Below are positions 36,901-46,381 of a stretch of 64,000 nt of DNA, piece by piece. The notes under the pieces were generated by a model. The model was not told where the DNA came from. It worked only from the letters and a program-made list of their open reading frames with translations, and made no database searches. The position numbers and the translations under genes were made by a program. This DNA is from Verrucomicrobiota bacterium. GTDB taxonomy: Bacteria; Verrucomicrobiota; Verrucomicrobiia; Verrucomicrobiales; Akkermansiaceae. How positions within the stretch are numbered: position 1 is the first letter of the stretch; every line of letters begins with the position of its first letter. The stretch covers positions 1,732 to 65,731 of the forward strand of contig JBEGUC010000003.1 of NCBI GenBank assembly GCA_041179105.1. Reading direction: 5' to 3'.

Positions 36901-39665
36901 TGATTCAGTGTGGCGTGGTGTTTTCGCTCACGAGTGTCAACCCCGATCCCCTTATGGGAGGTACAGGTGTCGTGGCATTTGGCGCCACGACCACCGGGAC
37001 CGGAGTGTTCACCTCCAATGCCACCGGTCTTTCCCCTAGTAAGAATTATTCCTTCAAAGCCTATGCGATCAATGCGATTGGGACGTCATACACGACGGTA
37101 GGCACCTTCACCACGGCGCCAGCGGTGCCCACCGTGACGGCGCTGACCCTTGCCAATGTCACCTCAAGTTCAGCTACCTTGGGCGCGAACGTGACGAATG
37201 ATGGCGCTCCTGCAATCCTTGAGCGGGGCTTCATTTACTCCCAGGCATCGGTCAACGGGAATCCTCTCATCGGCGGCCCGGGCGTGATCAAAGTGATCGT
37301 CTCTGGAACGACAGGTGTGATGAATTCCAGTATCTCGGGGCTTCTAGCCGAAACCGGATATGTCTTTAAGGGCTACGCCATCAATGCCGTGGGTGTCGGC
37401 TACAGCTCGTCGTTTCCTTTCACCACCCGGCAGATTACCGTTTCGAATCCCACCGCAGCTTCAATCACTGTCAATTCGGCTGTTTTGGGAGGCACTGTGT
37501 CAGGCCCTGCAACAGCAAGCCTCATTGAAAGAGGAGTCGTCTATTCCGTGTTTGCCCTCAATCCATCTCCAGTGATCGATGGTGCGGGTGTAAGCCGATT
37601 GAAAAATACGGCGATCAACGCCCTTGGTGTATTCACCGTTCCAGTGCCGGGACTCGTGGCTGCGACGAAATACGCTTACAGCGCCTATGTGATTACTACG
37701 GCAGGGACGTTTTATAGCTCACCCGCGTCGAACTTCACCACTCTCACGCAGCCTCCTGTGACACTTGCTTCCGTGAACACTCTGACCAGCAGCGTCATCA
37801 CTGGCACATCAGCGACTTTGGGCGGGAATGTGAGCAGTGACGGCGACTCGCCGATCACTGAAAGAGGCGTGGTTTACTCGGTCACCAGCGCGAACGACAA
37901 CCCCTTCATCGGAGGTGCCGGAGTGACTAAAAAGACTAGTATAGGAACGACGGGTGTATTCACGGTCAGCGCTACCCCTCTAGTTGCCAATACCACTTAT
38001 TCATTCCGGGCTTACGCCATCAACAGTCTCGGCACGAGTTACACCTCGACGATTGGAACATTCAACACTTCCACCTCGCCGACGATTGTTTCGCCGACGG
38101 TTGCGTCCGTGACAGTCAATTCAGCCGTTTTGGGAGCCAATCTGACCCAGGATGGCAATTCGCCCATCACCGAGAGAGGGGTGGTGTATTCCCTGACGAG
38201 TGTGAACGGCACTCCTCAGATCAACGGGACGGGTGTGATGAAGGTTCTCGTTCCTGGCACAATCACGGGAGTATTTTCAACCACCGTCACCGGACTGACT
38301 GCGAATAAGGCTTACTCCTTCAGTGGGTATGCCATCAACGCGATCGGCACGAGCTACACGACTGCGATCGGGACATTCACGACTGCCGCGACACCGACCA
38401 TTGTTTCTCCGACGTCTGCGAACATCACCTCCACGTCCGCCACGCTTGGTGGAAATATCACGTCGGATGGTGGCGCGCCAATCGTCCAGCGCGGAGTGGT
38501 ATTCTCGCTCAGCTCACTCAACGGCAACCCGATCATTGGAGGCCTCAATGTCACAGCCATCGTCACCCCGACTCCGGCGATCGGTGTATTCACAGTCGAT
38601 GCGAGCGGCCTCACACCCGGTAAGGCCTATTCTTACAAGGCATACGCGATCAATGGGGGAGTGACATCCTACACCGCATTGAGTGGTTTCACCACCGCAG
38701 GAGCTCTGGCGACGATTACGAGTCCCACTCTCTCAAGCGTCACCTCAAATTCGGCCACCTTGGGGGCGAATGTGACCAGTGACGGAGCGGCGACGATCAC
38801 GCAACGTGGATTCATCTACTCCCAGACATCGATTAACAATGACCCAACCGTTGGCGGCCTAGGCGTGACTGCATTGGTGGTGCCGGGAACGACGGGTATC
38901 ATGTCAGGCGCGATCACGGGACTGCTCGCCAATACGGGTTATACCTTTAAGGCCTACGCCATTAATAGTGCGGGCACCGCCTATGCAGCTCCGTTTGCCT
39001 TCTTCACGACCTTCCCGCCACTCACGGTCTCATCGCCTACCTTTGCCGACGTCACCGTCACGACGGCGACTTTGGGTGGCACCGTGGTCAGCGATGGCGG
39101 CACCACCGTCAGTGGACGGGGTGTGGTTTTGACCCTTGACTCGAATATTCCTCCGGTCATCGGCGGGGCAGGGGTGATCAACGTGGTTGGCTCCGGAACC
39201 ATGGGGCCCTTCACGGTTCCTGTGACGGGACTCAATTCGGGTAGCGACTACTACTTCCGGGCCTATGCGACCAATGCCACAGGCACCAGCTACAGCAGTA
39301 TTTCCACCTTCACAACTCTGCCGCTGTTGCTTCTGGGTCAGGCTCAAATGCAATGGGCGCCCGTGCCGCAGCCAGCTCAGATGCAGGCGTTTTCACTGCA
39401 AGATCCTCAGATGCAACAGGCAGCGGCCATCGAGGCTCCTGCCCAAGCGGTTCCTCAGTTCACCTATCTCAAAGCCAGCTCCGAAACGTCCAATCAAATG
39501 ACCTGGAACATTGAAATCAGCTCGGATAATAGGGAATGGTTACCGATCAATACCAATGCATGGCTCGTCACCGAGACCACCGACGAGGTCAAGGCTGTCT
39601 GGAATTCAACCACCAGCACTCCACCAACTCGCCTGTTCTTCAGGATCAAAGGCCGATTGAACTGA
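33918..39665 (+). CDS. Large secreted repetitive protein (putative adhesin): N-domain, DxDxDG motifs, 11 FN3-like repeats, C-terminal beta domain
   Basis: Signal peptide ending AFA|Q; 11 repeats of ~105 aa (SATLGG.V..DG...I.ERGVVYS ... GL...T.Y...AYA.N..GT.Y....FTT); C-terminal IEISSD..W ... RLFFR. Confidence 0.85.
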   Translation: MKHYATQCVKGFFAPMLAVKLLLVSLGLTLNAFAQYPGQPENADLWREWMSIRQREPSMISGPRMYLMTDREILQTSPDSASFQNGGYRMILADGSVPDTDGDVDGYTDVFEFGPPYKSNQNSPSSIPRDGDGNPLLTDAFSILMADGSVLGVADSTLFSSTQATLVKNGSGSAVRVIAAPASEFVRPVPFRDFSSLFYYYFKNPGQTTGTYIKYPLSLYTLQKDYPNPQDCNTLETTIVPGEYKVEFPTILNAPLGKSNASAFHRLVPNGSLTRSLKKPTWLIRSLTSIEKENTLPVAQKWVNGKLKFDSYLPLTLNWDNLVNGGLATGNDYIEVTIEDETLGQVSYTFRVNAVTSSLDLSLIDATNLVYGTIAQRIAGADLNSDPTDPVRLARPLHESIKGHIVMKYLRYANRQASADLSSVTVRVPIEMAVTYNSWRKQLFPSNSTNDSISGPNADPDGDGLTNQQEFNQASDPKVATIVIDTPTRTDITFNSATLGGTVKIDPSSANVITERGVVYSVSSTNPFPIIGGAGVNKAVWLGNNPAPDPTPAPAPAPSDDTDQDKLSDKWERLFFDNLAQVGTGDRDADGLSNEVEETIGSNPTSVDNDVDQDQLYDTWERFYFGNLRQSGTGDLDDDGHSNEVEETAGTNPKVINGFEVDVTGLTPGTTYTFKAYVTSTVGTKYTTVSTFTTLRTPLKNPTVTAVTSNAATLGATVTGSGFTIYERGVVYSESLTNPFPTVDGPGVDRAVWTQKAPAADPVPADDIDTDKLSDIWEKLYFVDLNQLGTGDFDGDGQSNEVEETNGSNPTKSGDFVVSVASLASGTRYSFSGYVITDLGTFYTEPVSTFTTFPASSVTPPVVTTPTSSGISSVSVTLGGNVTSAGNSAITERGVVYSPIIDNEDPFLGDSGVLQKAAPGTTTGVFTVSVIGLLPNTAYAFRAYAINAVGTAHTLDMGTFTTASAPLITSPTATNITSLSATLGGDVTDSGGSPVIQCGVVFSLTSVNPDPLMGGTGVVAFGATTTGTGVFTSNATGLSPSKNYSFKAYAINAIGTSYTTVGTFTTAPAVPTVTALTLANVTSSSATLGANVTNDGAPAILERGFIYSQASVNGNPLIGGPGVIKVIVSGTTGVMNSSISGLLAETGYVFKGYAINAVGVGYSSSFPFTTRQITVSNPTAASITVNSAVLGGTVSGPATASLIERGVVYSVFALNPSPVIDGAGVSRLKNTAINALGVFTVPVPGLVAATKYAYSAYVITTAGTFYSSPASNFTTLTQPPVTLASVNTLTSSVITGTSATLGGNVSSDGDSPITERGVVYSVTSANDNPFIGGAGVTKKTSIGTTGVFTVSATPLVANTTYSFRAYAINSLGTSYTSTIGTFNTSTSPTIVSPTVASVTVNSAVLGANLTQDGNSPITERGVVYSLTSVNGTPQINGTGVMKVLVPGTITGVFSTTVTGLTANKAYSFSGYAINAIGTSYTTAIGTFTTAATPTIVSPTSANITSTSATLGGNITSDGGAPIVQRGVVFSLSSLNGNPIIGGLNVTAIVTPTPAIGVFTVDASGLTPGKAYSYKAYAINGGVTSYTALSGFTTAGALATITSPTLSSVTSNSATLGANVTSDGAATITQRGFIYSQTSINNDPTVGGLGVTALVVPGTTGIMSGAITGLLANTGYTFKAYAINSAGTAYAAPFAFFTTFPPLTVSSPTFADVTVTTATLGGTVVSDGGTTVSGRGVVLTLDSNIPPVIGGAGVINVVGSGTMGPFTVPVTGLNSGSDYYFRAYATNATGTSYSSISTFTTLPLLLLGQAQMQWAPVPQPAQMQAFSLQDPQMQQAAAIEAPAQAVPQFTYLKASSETSNQMTWNIEISSDNREWLPINTNAWLVTETTDEVKAVWNSTTSTPPTRLFFRIKGRLN

Positions 39666-39798
39666 GTGCGACCTGAAGCGCGTATCAAGCTCGGGCCAGT
39701 CCTTCCAAGGTCTTTCCCGCGCCTGATATCGCTGGCTTCGCTCGTTCCCATCGAGCATCGGTTTGCATATGCTGCCGCGCATCAGGATTTGTGAAATA

Positions 39799-39870
39799 GG
39801 GAGGAGGGACCTTATTGTCCCTCTCTTCCTCGTTCTCCAGAGAAGAGGCGACAATAAGGTCGCCACTCCT
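39799..39870. repeat. REP-like doublet hairpin
   Basis: gaccttattgtc (39808-39819) and gacaataaggtc (39850-39861) are perfect reverse complements; each arm is itself a small palindrome (gggac-cttatt-gtccc; ggcgac-aataag-gtcgcc). Confidence 0.65.
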
Positions 39871-40220
39871 TAGCCCGCAAAACCCAAATCTTCATGCGCG
39901 GCAGTATAGCGCGAGTTCGCCTCACGCACCGCAGTCCTCGTCACCGCAGATGCAGCGAGCTGCATCTGGAAATCCGCAAGCGGGGTCTGTAGCGTCGTCT
40001 GAAGATTCTGGAGGTTCAGGCATCATTCGAGCAGGGTGGAAGAAGGCGGAGCAAGATCTGCTCGATGCAATCGTGTAGTAGCCCTGAGACGGAGCAAACG
40101 CCGAACTTGCCGGCGAGATGGTGGCGCTTTTCCGTCGGGAAATGGTTCTTGACGCATGCGGCCTGGGTTTCTGTTCTCTTGCTTTTCCTTTGCCAATCCA
40201 ACTCTGCCGCCTTTTACCCA

Positions 40221-40535
40221 ATGTCTCAAAAACCGCCTGAAGAAACCGATTTCATCCACAGCGAGGAATTCCTCCACGGCTTGATTAGAAACCAGCTCAA
40301 ACTCTCCATCTCGTGTGCTGCGGCGTTTCTGCTGCTGTTATTCGGGATGCCGTTGCTCAACTACTTCGCGCCAGAACTCATGGCGCACCGCGTCGGCGGC
40401 TTCACCGTTAGCTGGCTGATGCTGGGCGTGTTGTTCTTTCCCTACGTCTGGATCATCGCCCGCATCTTCATCACCCGCTCGATGGCCTTGGAAGACGCAG
40501 AGGTCCGCAACGCGGCCGAGGGGAACAAGCGCTAA
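40221..40535 (+). CDS. DUF485 family small membrane protein
   Basis: S.EF..L.R.Q......, two TMs, ..G......W ...LE; immediately upstream of an ActP-type symporter as is typical. Confidence 0.8.
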   Translation: MSQKPPEETDFIHSEEFLHGLIRNQLKLSISCAAAFLLLLFGMPLLNYFAPELMAHRVGGFTVSWLMLGVLFFPYVWIIARIFITRSMALEDAEVRNAAEGNKR

Positions 40536-40555
40536 TCCTGACATTTTTCTGACTC

Positions 40556-42367
40556 ATGAATTTTTCACAAATTGATCCCTGGATTCTCGCCTTCGCCGGC
40601 ATCACCGTCGTCGTCACGCTGTGGATGGGATTTCGTTCCTCAAAGAGTTCGAAGTCCGCCTCGGACTTTTTCGTCGCCGGTCGCTCGGTCTCCGTCGGCT
40701 GGAACGCGTCCGCGATCTCCGGTGAGTATCTCAGCGCCGCGAGCTTCATGGGCATCGCCGGGATGGTGATGTCCTCCGGCTACGACGCGCTGTGGTATCC
40801 GGTCTGTTATGCATGCGGCTATCTGTTTCTGCTGTTATTCATCGCCGGGCCGCTGCGGAGATTCGGTGCTTATACGATCCCGGATTTCGCCGAAGGGCGC
40901 TTCGACTCGCCCCTATTCCGCCGCATCGCAGTGTGCTTCGTGCTCTTCATCGGCTTCTTCTACACCATGCCGCAGATGAAAGGCGCTGGCACGGCGCTCT
41001 CCTACATTCTGCCAGGTCTGCCGTATTGGGTCGGCGTGGTCGTCGTCGGTGCGGTGATCACGTTGAATGTCGCTCTCGGCGGGATGAAGGGCATCACCTT
41101 GATTCAAGCGGTCCAGTATTGGATCAAAATGTTCGCTATATCCGCGCCCGTGTTCGTTCTTCTATCCGTCTATGGTGGTTACGGGAAAAATCTCTCGCTG
41201 AACCGATCCGCCGCCGAAGCCGCCGCGCGACCCGCCATCGTCCAGCCCGCCGATCCGATCGAAATGCAACGCAAGGCGCTGCCGGAAAAGGCCCCCAAGG
41301 ACGACGCCTGGCTCGCGCCCTTCGGCCCGCTCACCACCAAGGCCGTGAAGTCCGCCGCCGGCGCGCTCCCGCTCGGAGAACGGGCGGCTTTCATTGCCAA
41401 AAACGAGAAACCGTTTTCGCTCATCTATACTTTCTCACTCATCGTCGCGCTCGTCTGCGGCACCGCCGGTCTACCGCACATCCTCGTAAGATTCTATACC
41501 AATCCGGACGGCGTCGCCGCCAAAAAAACGACCATGTGGGTGATGATTCTCATCGGCGTGTTCTATGTTTTCCCGCCGATCTTCGGCGTTCTGGGTAGAA
41601 ACCTGATGCCCGAGCTCTACACCGGACTCGCCGGCGTCAAAGGCACCGACGCGGTGGTCCTCCGCCTTCCCACCTTGATCTCCCAGAAATACGGCGTCCT
41701 CGGCTCGATCCTCAGCGGCATCACCTGCGCGGGTGCCTTTGCCGCCTTCATGAGCACCTTTTCGGGCTTGCTGGTTTCCATGACCGGCGCGCTTGCTCAC
41801 GACGTTTACGGCCGGATGCTCCGCCCTAATTCCACGCCCGCCCAGCGCATGAGGATGTTCAAATGGTGCGCCGTCCTCATCGGCAGCATTTCCGTGATCC
41901 TCGGCTGCTTCGTCGAGCCGTTGGAAATCAACTTCATGGTCGGCCAAGCATTCGCCATCGCCGCCGCCAGTTATTTCCCGCTGTTATTCATGAGCGTCTG
42001 GTGGCGCGGCATGACCATGAAAGGTGCGGCTGCTGGTATGCTAACCGGCGGACTCTGCGCGCTCTTCGCGGCCACCGCCACGAACGTCAGCAACCTCTCG
42101 CTCGACAAGGGCACGATGGGCAAGATTTTCTCCGGTTTTGCTCCGCTCAATGATTTTTGGGCCGCCCATCCGTTGCTGCGCATCCTCTGCGAACAGCCAG
42201 CAATCTGGACCGTGCCGCTGGCGATCTTCCTCATGGTCGTCGTCTCCAAAGCCACCCGCGCCAGCGTGCCGAAGGACGTGCGGATGAAGATGCTCGTGCT
42301 CCATGCCCCCGAGGCGCTTGGGCTCAAGCAGGAATACATCCAAGAGCACCAAGGCCCAGCGCATTGA
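40556..42367 (+). CDS. actP: Cation/acetate symporter (ActP-like, sodium:solute symporter family)
   Basis: DFFVAGR, NASAISGEYLSAASF.G, G.YTIPDF...RF, GGMKG.T, GTAGLPHILVRFYT.PDG, AFAAF.ST..GL. Confidence 0.85.
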   Translation: MNFSQIDPWILAFAGITVVVTLWMGFRSSKSSKSASDFFVAGRSVSVGWNASAISGEYLSAASFMGIAGMVMSSGYDALWYPVCYACGYLFLLLFIAGPLRRFGAYTIPDFAEGRFDSPLFRRIAVCFVLFIGFFYTMPQMKGAGTALSYILPGLPYWVGVVVVGAVITLNVALGGMKGITLIQAVQYWIKMFAISAPVFVLLSVYGGYGKNLSLNRSAAEAAARPAIVQPADPIEMQRKALPEKAPKDDAWLAPFGPLTTKAVKSAAGALPLGERAAFIAKNEKPFSLIYTFSLIVALVCGTAGLPHILVRFYTNPDGVAAKKTTMWVMILIGVFYVFPPIFGVLGRNLMPELYTGLAGVKGTDAVVLRLPTLISQKYGVLGSILSGITCAGAFAAFMSTFSGLLVSMTGALAHDVYGRMLRPNSTPAQRMRMFKWCAVLIGSISVILGCFVEPLEINFMVGQAFAIAAASYFPLLFMSVWWRGMTMKGAAAGMLTGGLCALFAATATNVSNLSLDKGTMGKIFSGFAPLNDFWAAHPLLRILCEQPAIWTVPLAIFLMVVVSKATRASVPKDVRMKMLVLHAPEALGLKQEYIQEHQGPAH

Positions 42368-42389
42368 AATTCTAATCCATTATAAAGAG

Positions 42390-42429
42390 TAACTATTCAG
42401 GTGTGAAATCGACTGGATGCTCAGCGAAG
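42390..42429 (+). repeat. Dispersed direct repeat, copy 1
   Basis: taactattcaggtgtgaaatcgactgg is identical (27 bp) to 51943-51969; 37/40 identity over the extended match. Confidence 0.9.
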
Positions 42430-42494
42430 TGAGCAGGAATGCCTGTGTCACTTTTTCGCTTCGCGAGACGACTCGAACAGGCCAGCTTTCGCGC

Positions 42495-43382
42495 GTGAAT
42501 CCGAATCGTTCAGGCGTGCTGGCAGCTCTGGCTGCGTTTTTCCTGTGGGGGATTCTGCCGATTTTCTGGAAGCTGTTGGAGTTCCTGCCGCCGCCCTCAA
42601 TCGTGGCGCAGCGGACACTGTGGTCGTTGTTACTGGTGCTTTGCGTGCTGTGGTGGCGGGGCGAGGGCATGCTTTTACTATCGGGATTGAGAAGTCGGCG
42701 AGTGCTTGGCTGGCACCTACTTTCTGGCTGCCTGCTAGCATCTAACTGGCTTCTCTACGTTTGGGCGACGCTCCATGGCCGGATCATTGAGGCGGCGCTC
42801 GGGTATTATCTCAATCCGTTTTTCAACATGTTGTTCGGCGCGCTGTGGTTCGGCGACAAGAACAGCCGCTGGCAGCTCGCGGCCATCGCGCTGGCGCTCG
42901 GCGGAGTCGCGCAGCAAGTATCCGCGGTAGGGCATTTCCCGTGGATCGCACTGGTGCTGGCGCTGACATTTTCGCTCTATGCGGTGGTGAGGAAGCAGGC
43001 ACCGCTCGGCTCGTTAGTCGGACTGGCGGCGGAAACCAGCCTGCTGGCACCATTCGCGTTGGTCTGGTTGCTCTGCGCCAATACAAGCCCGGCTGCGGCA
43101 TTTGGCGGCTCTTGGGCGCATGCGGGGTTACTCGTCGGGACAGGCTTGGCCACAGCGCTGCCGCTGCTTTTCTTCGGCCACGCCACACGAACGCTGCGCC
43201 TGACCACGCTCGGCATCCTGCAATTCCTCGGGCCGACGATCCAGTTTCTCATCGGCTGGAAAATTTACGCCGAGCCAATGACCGGTGCGCGACTGCTGTC
43301 CTTCGGGTTGATCTGGCTGGCGGTCGGGATTTACGCGGCGGATGCGCTGAGAAGAAATGGAACAGTGAACTTCGAACGCTAA
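42495..43382 (+). CDS. rarD: EamA family transporter RarD
   Basis: G...A..A..LWG..P..WK, R..WS, NW..YVWA, EAALGY..NP, FSLY..VRK, TALPL..F, LG.LQF..PT.QF; GTG start at 42495. Confidence 0.92.
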   Translation: MNPNRSGVLAALAAFFLWGILPIFWKLLEFLPPPSIVAQRTLWSLLLVLCVLWWRGEGMLLLSGLRSRRVLGWHLLSGCLLASNWLLYVWATLHGRIIEAALGYYLNPFFNMLFGALWFGDKNSRWQLAAIALALGGVAQQVSAVGHFPWIALVLALTFSLYAVVRKQAPLGSLVGLAAETSLLAPFALVWLLCANTSPAAAFGGSWAHAGLLVGTGLATALPLLFFGHATRTLRLTTLGILQFLGPTIQFLIGWKIYAEPMTGARLLSFGLIWLAVGIYAADALRRNGTVNFER

Positions 43383-43442
43383 ACATCCACATCGAAGCGA
43401 AGAGAGCTTGCCGGGCAGGGCCGGGCGGTTTACCCAACGCGC

Positions 43443-44147
43443 ATGCAAGATGAAGTTCGTGCGCTGTTGATCCTCCAAGACCGTGACCGCCGCCTTCTGG
43501 CCTTGGCCAAGGATTTGGCAAAACTCCCCCAAGACGAAGTCCGGGCGAAGGCGAAACTGGCCGGCGACGAAAGCGCCCTGGCGAAAGCCCACCACGCGCT
43601 GCTCGACTGCGAGCTGCGCGTGAAAAAAATCGAACTCGACGCCGAGACCCGCCGCACGACGATCAAGCGCCTTAAATTGCAGCAATTTGAAACCCGAAAA
43701 AACGAAGAATTCGTGGCACTCGGTCACGAAATCGTGCGGTACGAAAAGGACTTAGACAATTTCGAAACCACCGAACTCGAAGCGATGGACGAAGTGGACC
43801 GCCTGCGCGCCGCGCAAAAGGCGGCGGAAGCCGCACTCGTCCACACTCGCAAGCTGGTGGATGAAGACCTAGCTTCCATCGCCACTCGTCACGCACGGAT
43901 GGAGGCGGACCGCATCGAAATCCTCGCCGAGCGCGAGAAACTGCTAGCCAATGTGCCCGAGGGCGTCATCCCGCTTTATAACAGACTTATGAAAACCAAG
44001 GACGGCCTCGCGATCGCACCGCTACGCGATGGCAAGTGTGAAGGTTGCCACATGAAGCTCATCGCCTCCACGGTGATGAAGGTGCAGACCGGCAAGGAAA
44101 TCGCCCAGTGCGAGGATTGCGGCCGGATTCTTTACGTCGAAGAGTAA
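43443..44147 (+). CDS. Coiled-coil protein with C-terminal C4 zinc ribbon (CT398/DUF164 family)
   Basis: L..LQ..D start, long coiled coil, Y.R......G, CEGCHM...CEDCGRILY. Confidence 0.9.
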   Translation: MQDEVRALLILQDRDRRLLALAKDLAKLPQDEVRAKAKLAGDESALAKAHHALLDCELRVKKIELDAETRRTTIKRLKLQQFETRKNEEFVALGHEIVRYEKDLDNFETTELEAMDEVDRLRAAQKAAEAALVHTRKLVDEDLASIATRHARMEADRIEILAEREKLLANVPEGVIPLYNRLMKTKDGLAIAPLRDGKCEGCHMKLIASTVMKVQTGKEIAQCEDCGRILYVEE

Positions 44148-44155
44148 GCTCCTTT

Positions 44156-46381
44156 TCAGTAGTTGACGAACTCCCTGCGAAGTTCTTCGAGGACGACCAG
44201 CCAGTTCATCATGGTGATGGGGGGCAATTGCGTCGGGTGTTTAATCGGACTCAGGTTGATGGTAATTTGGCTGGGGTTGAATGCGGTGCCGTTAACGTTT
44301 TTCGAGTCTAGCGGACGGACGGCAGTCGTAACTGCATCACTGGCGAGCGAGCCGACTTGGCCGCGGAGATCGACGAACAAGGTATTTTCATCAACTCCGT
44401 AGCGCTTCTCTGGCGAGAATAGCGAACAGGGAGGAAAATAACTGCCGGAGGGATTGGCCGCAGTGACGGGCGGCGTGTAGCCGGAGGGCGCGGGGATGGC
44501 GACATAGTTGAAATCGTCAGCTATATAGAGCCGCAAGTTAGTAACGAGCGAGAAGCCTTTGGTGAATTGGCTCAAATCCTTACACTCCCTGAGAATCGCG
44601 CCGTAATCGCTATGATCCGCATCACCGGGCAAACGGTCATCAAAACGACAGGGAATGACTGGCTTGTATTTGCGGGGGTTGTTAAGCCCGGTCAAAGAAT
44701 AGTCCACGTTGACGACCAGTGAGTTGTTGACCGCCGGGCCGGCGGCGCCCATCACAGCAAGCAGAGCGGGGATGCGCTCCGGATAAACGGTGATGCATTT
44801 TTGTTTGTTGTTGAGTGTTTCGACTTTCCAAGGCCCCTGCGGTCGCCAGTAGCCAGCCCTTGAAGCTGTGACCCCGGACTTGGGGTCGCCAAAGTTGTCG
44901 CTGTTGAAGGTGATCGGCCCGGAAAGGCCCTGCCGGAATTTGAAATCACCGCTCACGCCGTAGGCCAAGTCCACCGGAGAGTTGAAGGTATGGCTTTCGT
45001 TCTCACCACACACTCTAACGTAGCCCGCAGGTAAGGTCTCGTTTTGGGTGAGCGGGATCGGCAAGGAGATACGGGTGCCGTCGGTCTGAAGGCAGGTGAA
45101 ACGCAGCATCGTCGGCGTCATGTCTGTGGCACTCACGACATCGGTGATGTCCAGCTGCATCGCGCATTGGAGCGCGCCGATGGAATAGTTGTTCCAGCTC
45201 GTGGTGGATAATGTGTCGGATTCTTCGGTTTGGGAAAAACGGTCGAAGAATTCCGCCCCGCGGTTGATCGAGATAAAGGCGGAGCGACCGCTCTCGGAGG
45301 CGAGGGACACTGGGAAGAATGTCTCATCCGTCTTCTGATAATCTTCGCGCCCGCCAGGCGCGAATGGTCGGTCTAAATCCTTTTCTGAAAGCGCTTTTGC
45401 ACCGCCAATCTTCGCATTAGGCGATAAAGTCATACTCCGGCGGCTTGCTAAACTAGCAAGCGGAGTATTGCCCAATACCTCTGACCTACCGGCGAAGACG
45501 CCGCCGTCGATTGTGACATTTTGCCAAGCTGAACCAGAAGCGTATTGACCAAGAGACATGAAAGATGAGGCCGAAATCGACAACTGCGAGGGGATTTCAT
45601 AAATCGAAAGCACGAAGTTTCGTTTGGAGGTGGCGAGCTTTGTGGTGAGGCTGTCATTACCTCCAACGTCCACCGAAAAGGTCCACCAGTTGCGCTTCGC
45701 GACAAAATCATCACCAGGCCTTGCGTAGCCAAAGTTGATTTTTGGATATTGGAGTAAATTGAACTTCTGGCGGTTTTCAAATAGAGGGCCTGAGCCGCCG
45801 GTGGCGAGCGCGTCATATTTATGATCTGAAATAATCGGATAAATCACATCGCGGCTTGTTGTTGTCACATCCGTCGAAGTCAGCGGCCTGGGATACCCGA
45901 TAATACTCCGGTTGATGCCCGAAGAAATGTAACCTCGGTCCGGGGGGATCGCAGCAAAGATACTGCCAACGGAGGTCAAGGCGGAGTCTCCCGAGTTTCC
46001 TCGCGTGAGGTTGGCGATGCTCAAGGAGGATTCTAAGGTGGTTTGGACTGCGCTGGAAATCGATGTTCCGGCATTGGCAAGGACCAAAGATTCAGTGAAA
46101 ATCGTTTCCCAGCTCAGCGACTCCCTCGTCCCAGTGAGGTCCGAGTCGGACTGCATCGCACGGATTGCACGATTCGGTGTGATCGCAACGATTGAGCGCA
46201 GGATCGTCTCCTCTTTCTCGCTGTAATCGACGCGCAACTGGACTTGAGAAGTGACTGCATGGGCTGCCATCGCGCTGCGGTATGCGTAAATTGTCAGCAG
46301 CGAGAGTATAGCTCCTGTAGAGAGAACCATGAGAAAAGATACATAACCGGCTTGCCGTTTGTTGGAAGAAGTGGCTTTCAT
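44156..46381 (-). CDS. Large PilX/GspK-like pseudopilin-type protein
   Basis: Basic leader MKATSSNKRQAG|YVSFLMVL then a hydrophobic helix, no Glu at +5; ATGA overlap with the upstream gene. Confidence 0.65.
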   Translation of the reverse strand: MKATSSNKRQAGYVSFLMVLSTGAILSLLTIYAYRSAMAAHAVTSQVQLRVDYSEKEETILRSIVAITPNRAIRAMQSDSDLTGTRESLSWETIFTESLVLANAGTSISSAVQTTLESSLSIANLTRGNSGDSALTSVGSIFAAIPPDRGYISSGINRSIIGYPRPLTSTDVTTTSRDVIYPIISDHKYDALATGGSGPLFENRQKFNLLQYPKINFGYARPGDDFVAKRNWWTFSVDVGGNDSLTTKLATSKRNFVLSIYEIPSQLSISASSFMSLGQYASGSAWQNVTIDGGVFAGRSEVLGNTPLASLASRRSMTLSPNAKIGGAKALSEKDLDRPFAPGGREDYQKTDETFFPVSLASESGRSAFISINRGAEFFDRFSQTEESDTLSTTSWNNYSIGALQCAMQLDITDVVSATDMTPTMLRFTCLQTDGTRISLPIPLTQNETLPAGYVRVCGENESHTFNSPVDLAYGVSGDFKFRQGLSGPITFNSDNFGDPKSGVTASRAGYWRPQGPWKVETLNNKQKCITVYPERIPALLAVMGAAGPAVNNSLVVNVDYSLTGLNNPRKYKPVIPCRFDDRLPGDADHSDYGAILRECKDLSQFTKGFSLVTNLRLYIADDFNYVAIPAPSGYTPPVTAANPSGSYFPPCSLFSPEKRYGVDENTLFVDLRGQVGSLASDAVTTAVRPLDSKNVNGTAFNPSQITINLSPIKHPTQLPPITMMNWLVVLEELRREFVNY

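Noticed and set aside
39871-40220. Small ORFs or a structured RNA upstream of the DUF485 gene
   Set aside because: No recognisable protein motif or riboswitch consensus; could be decayed coding DNA but this cannot be supported
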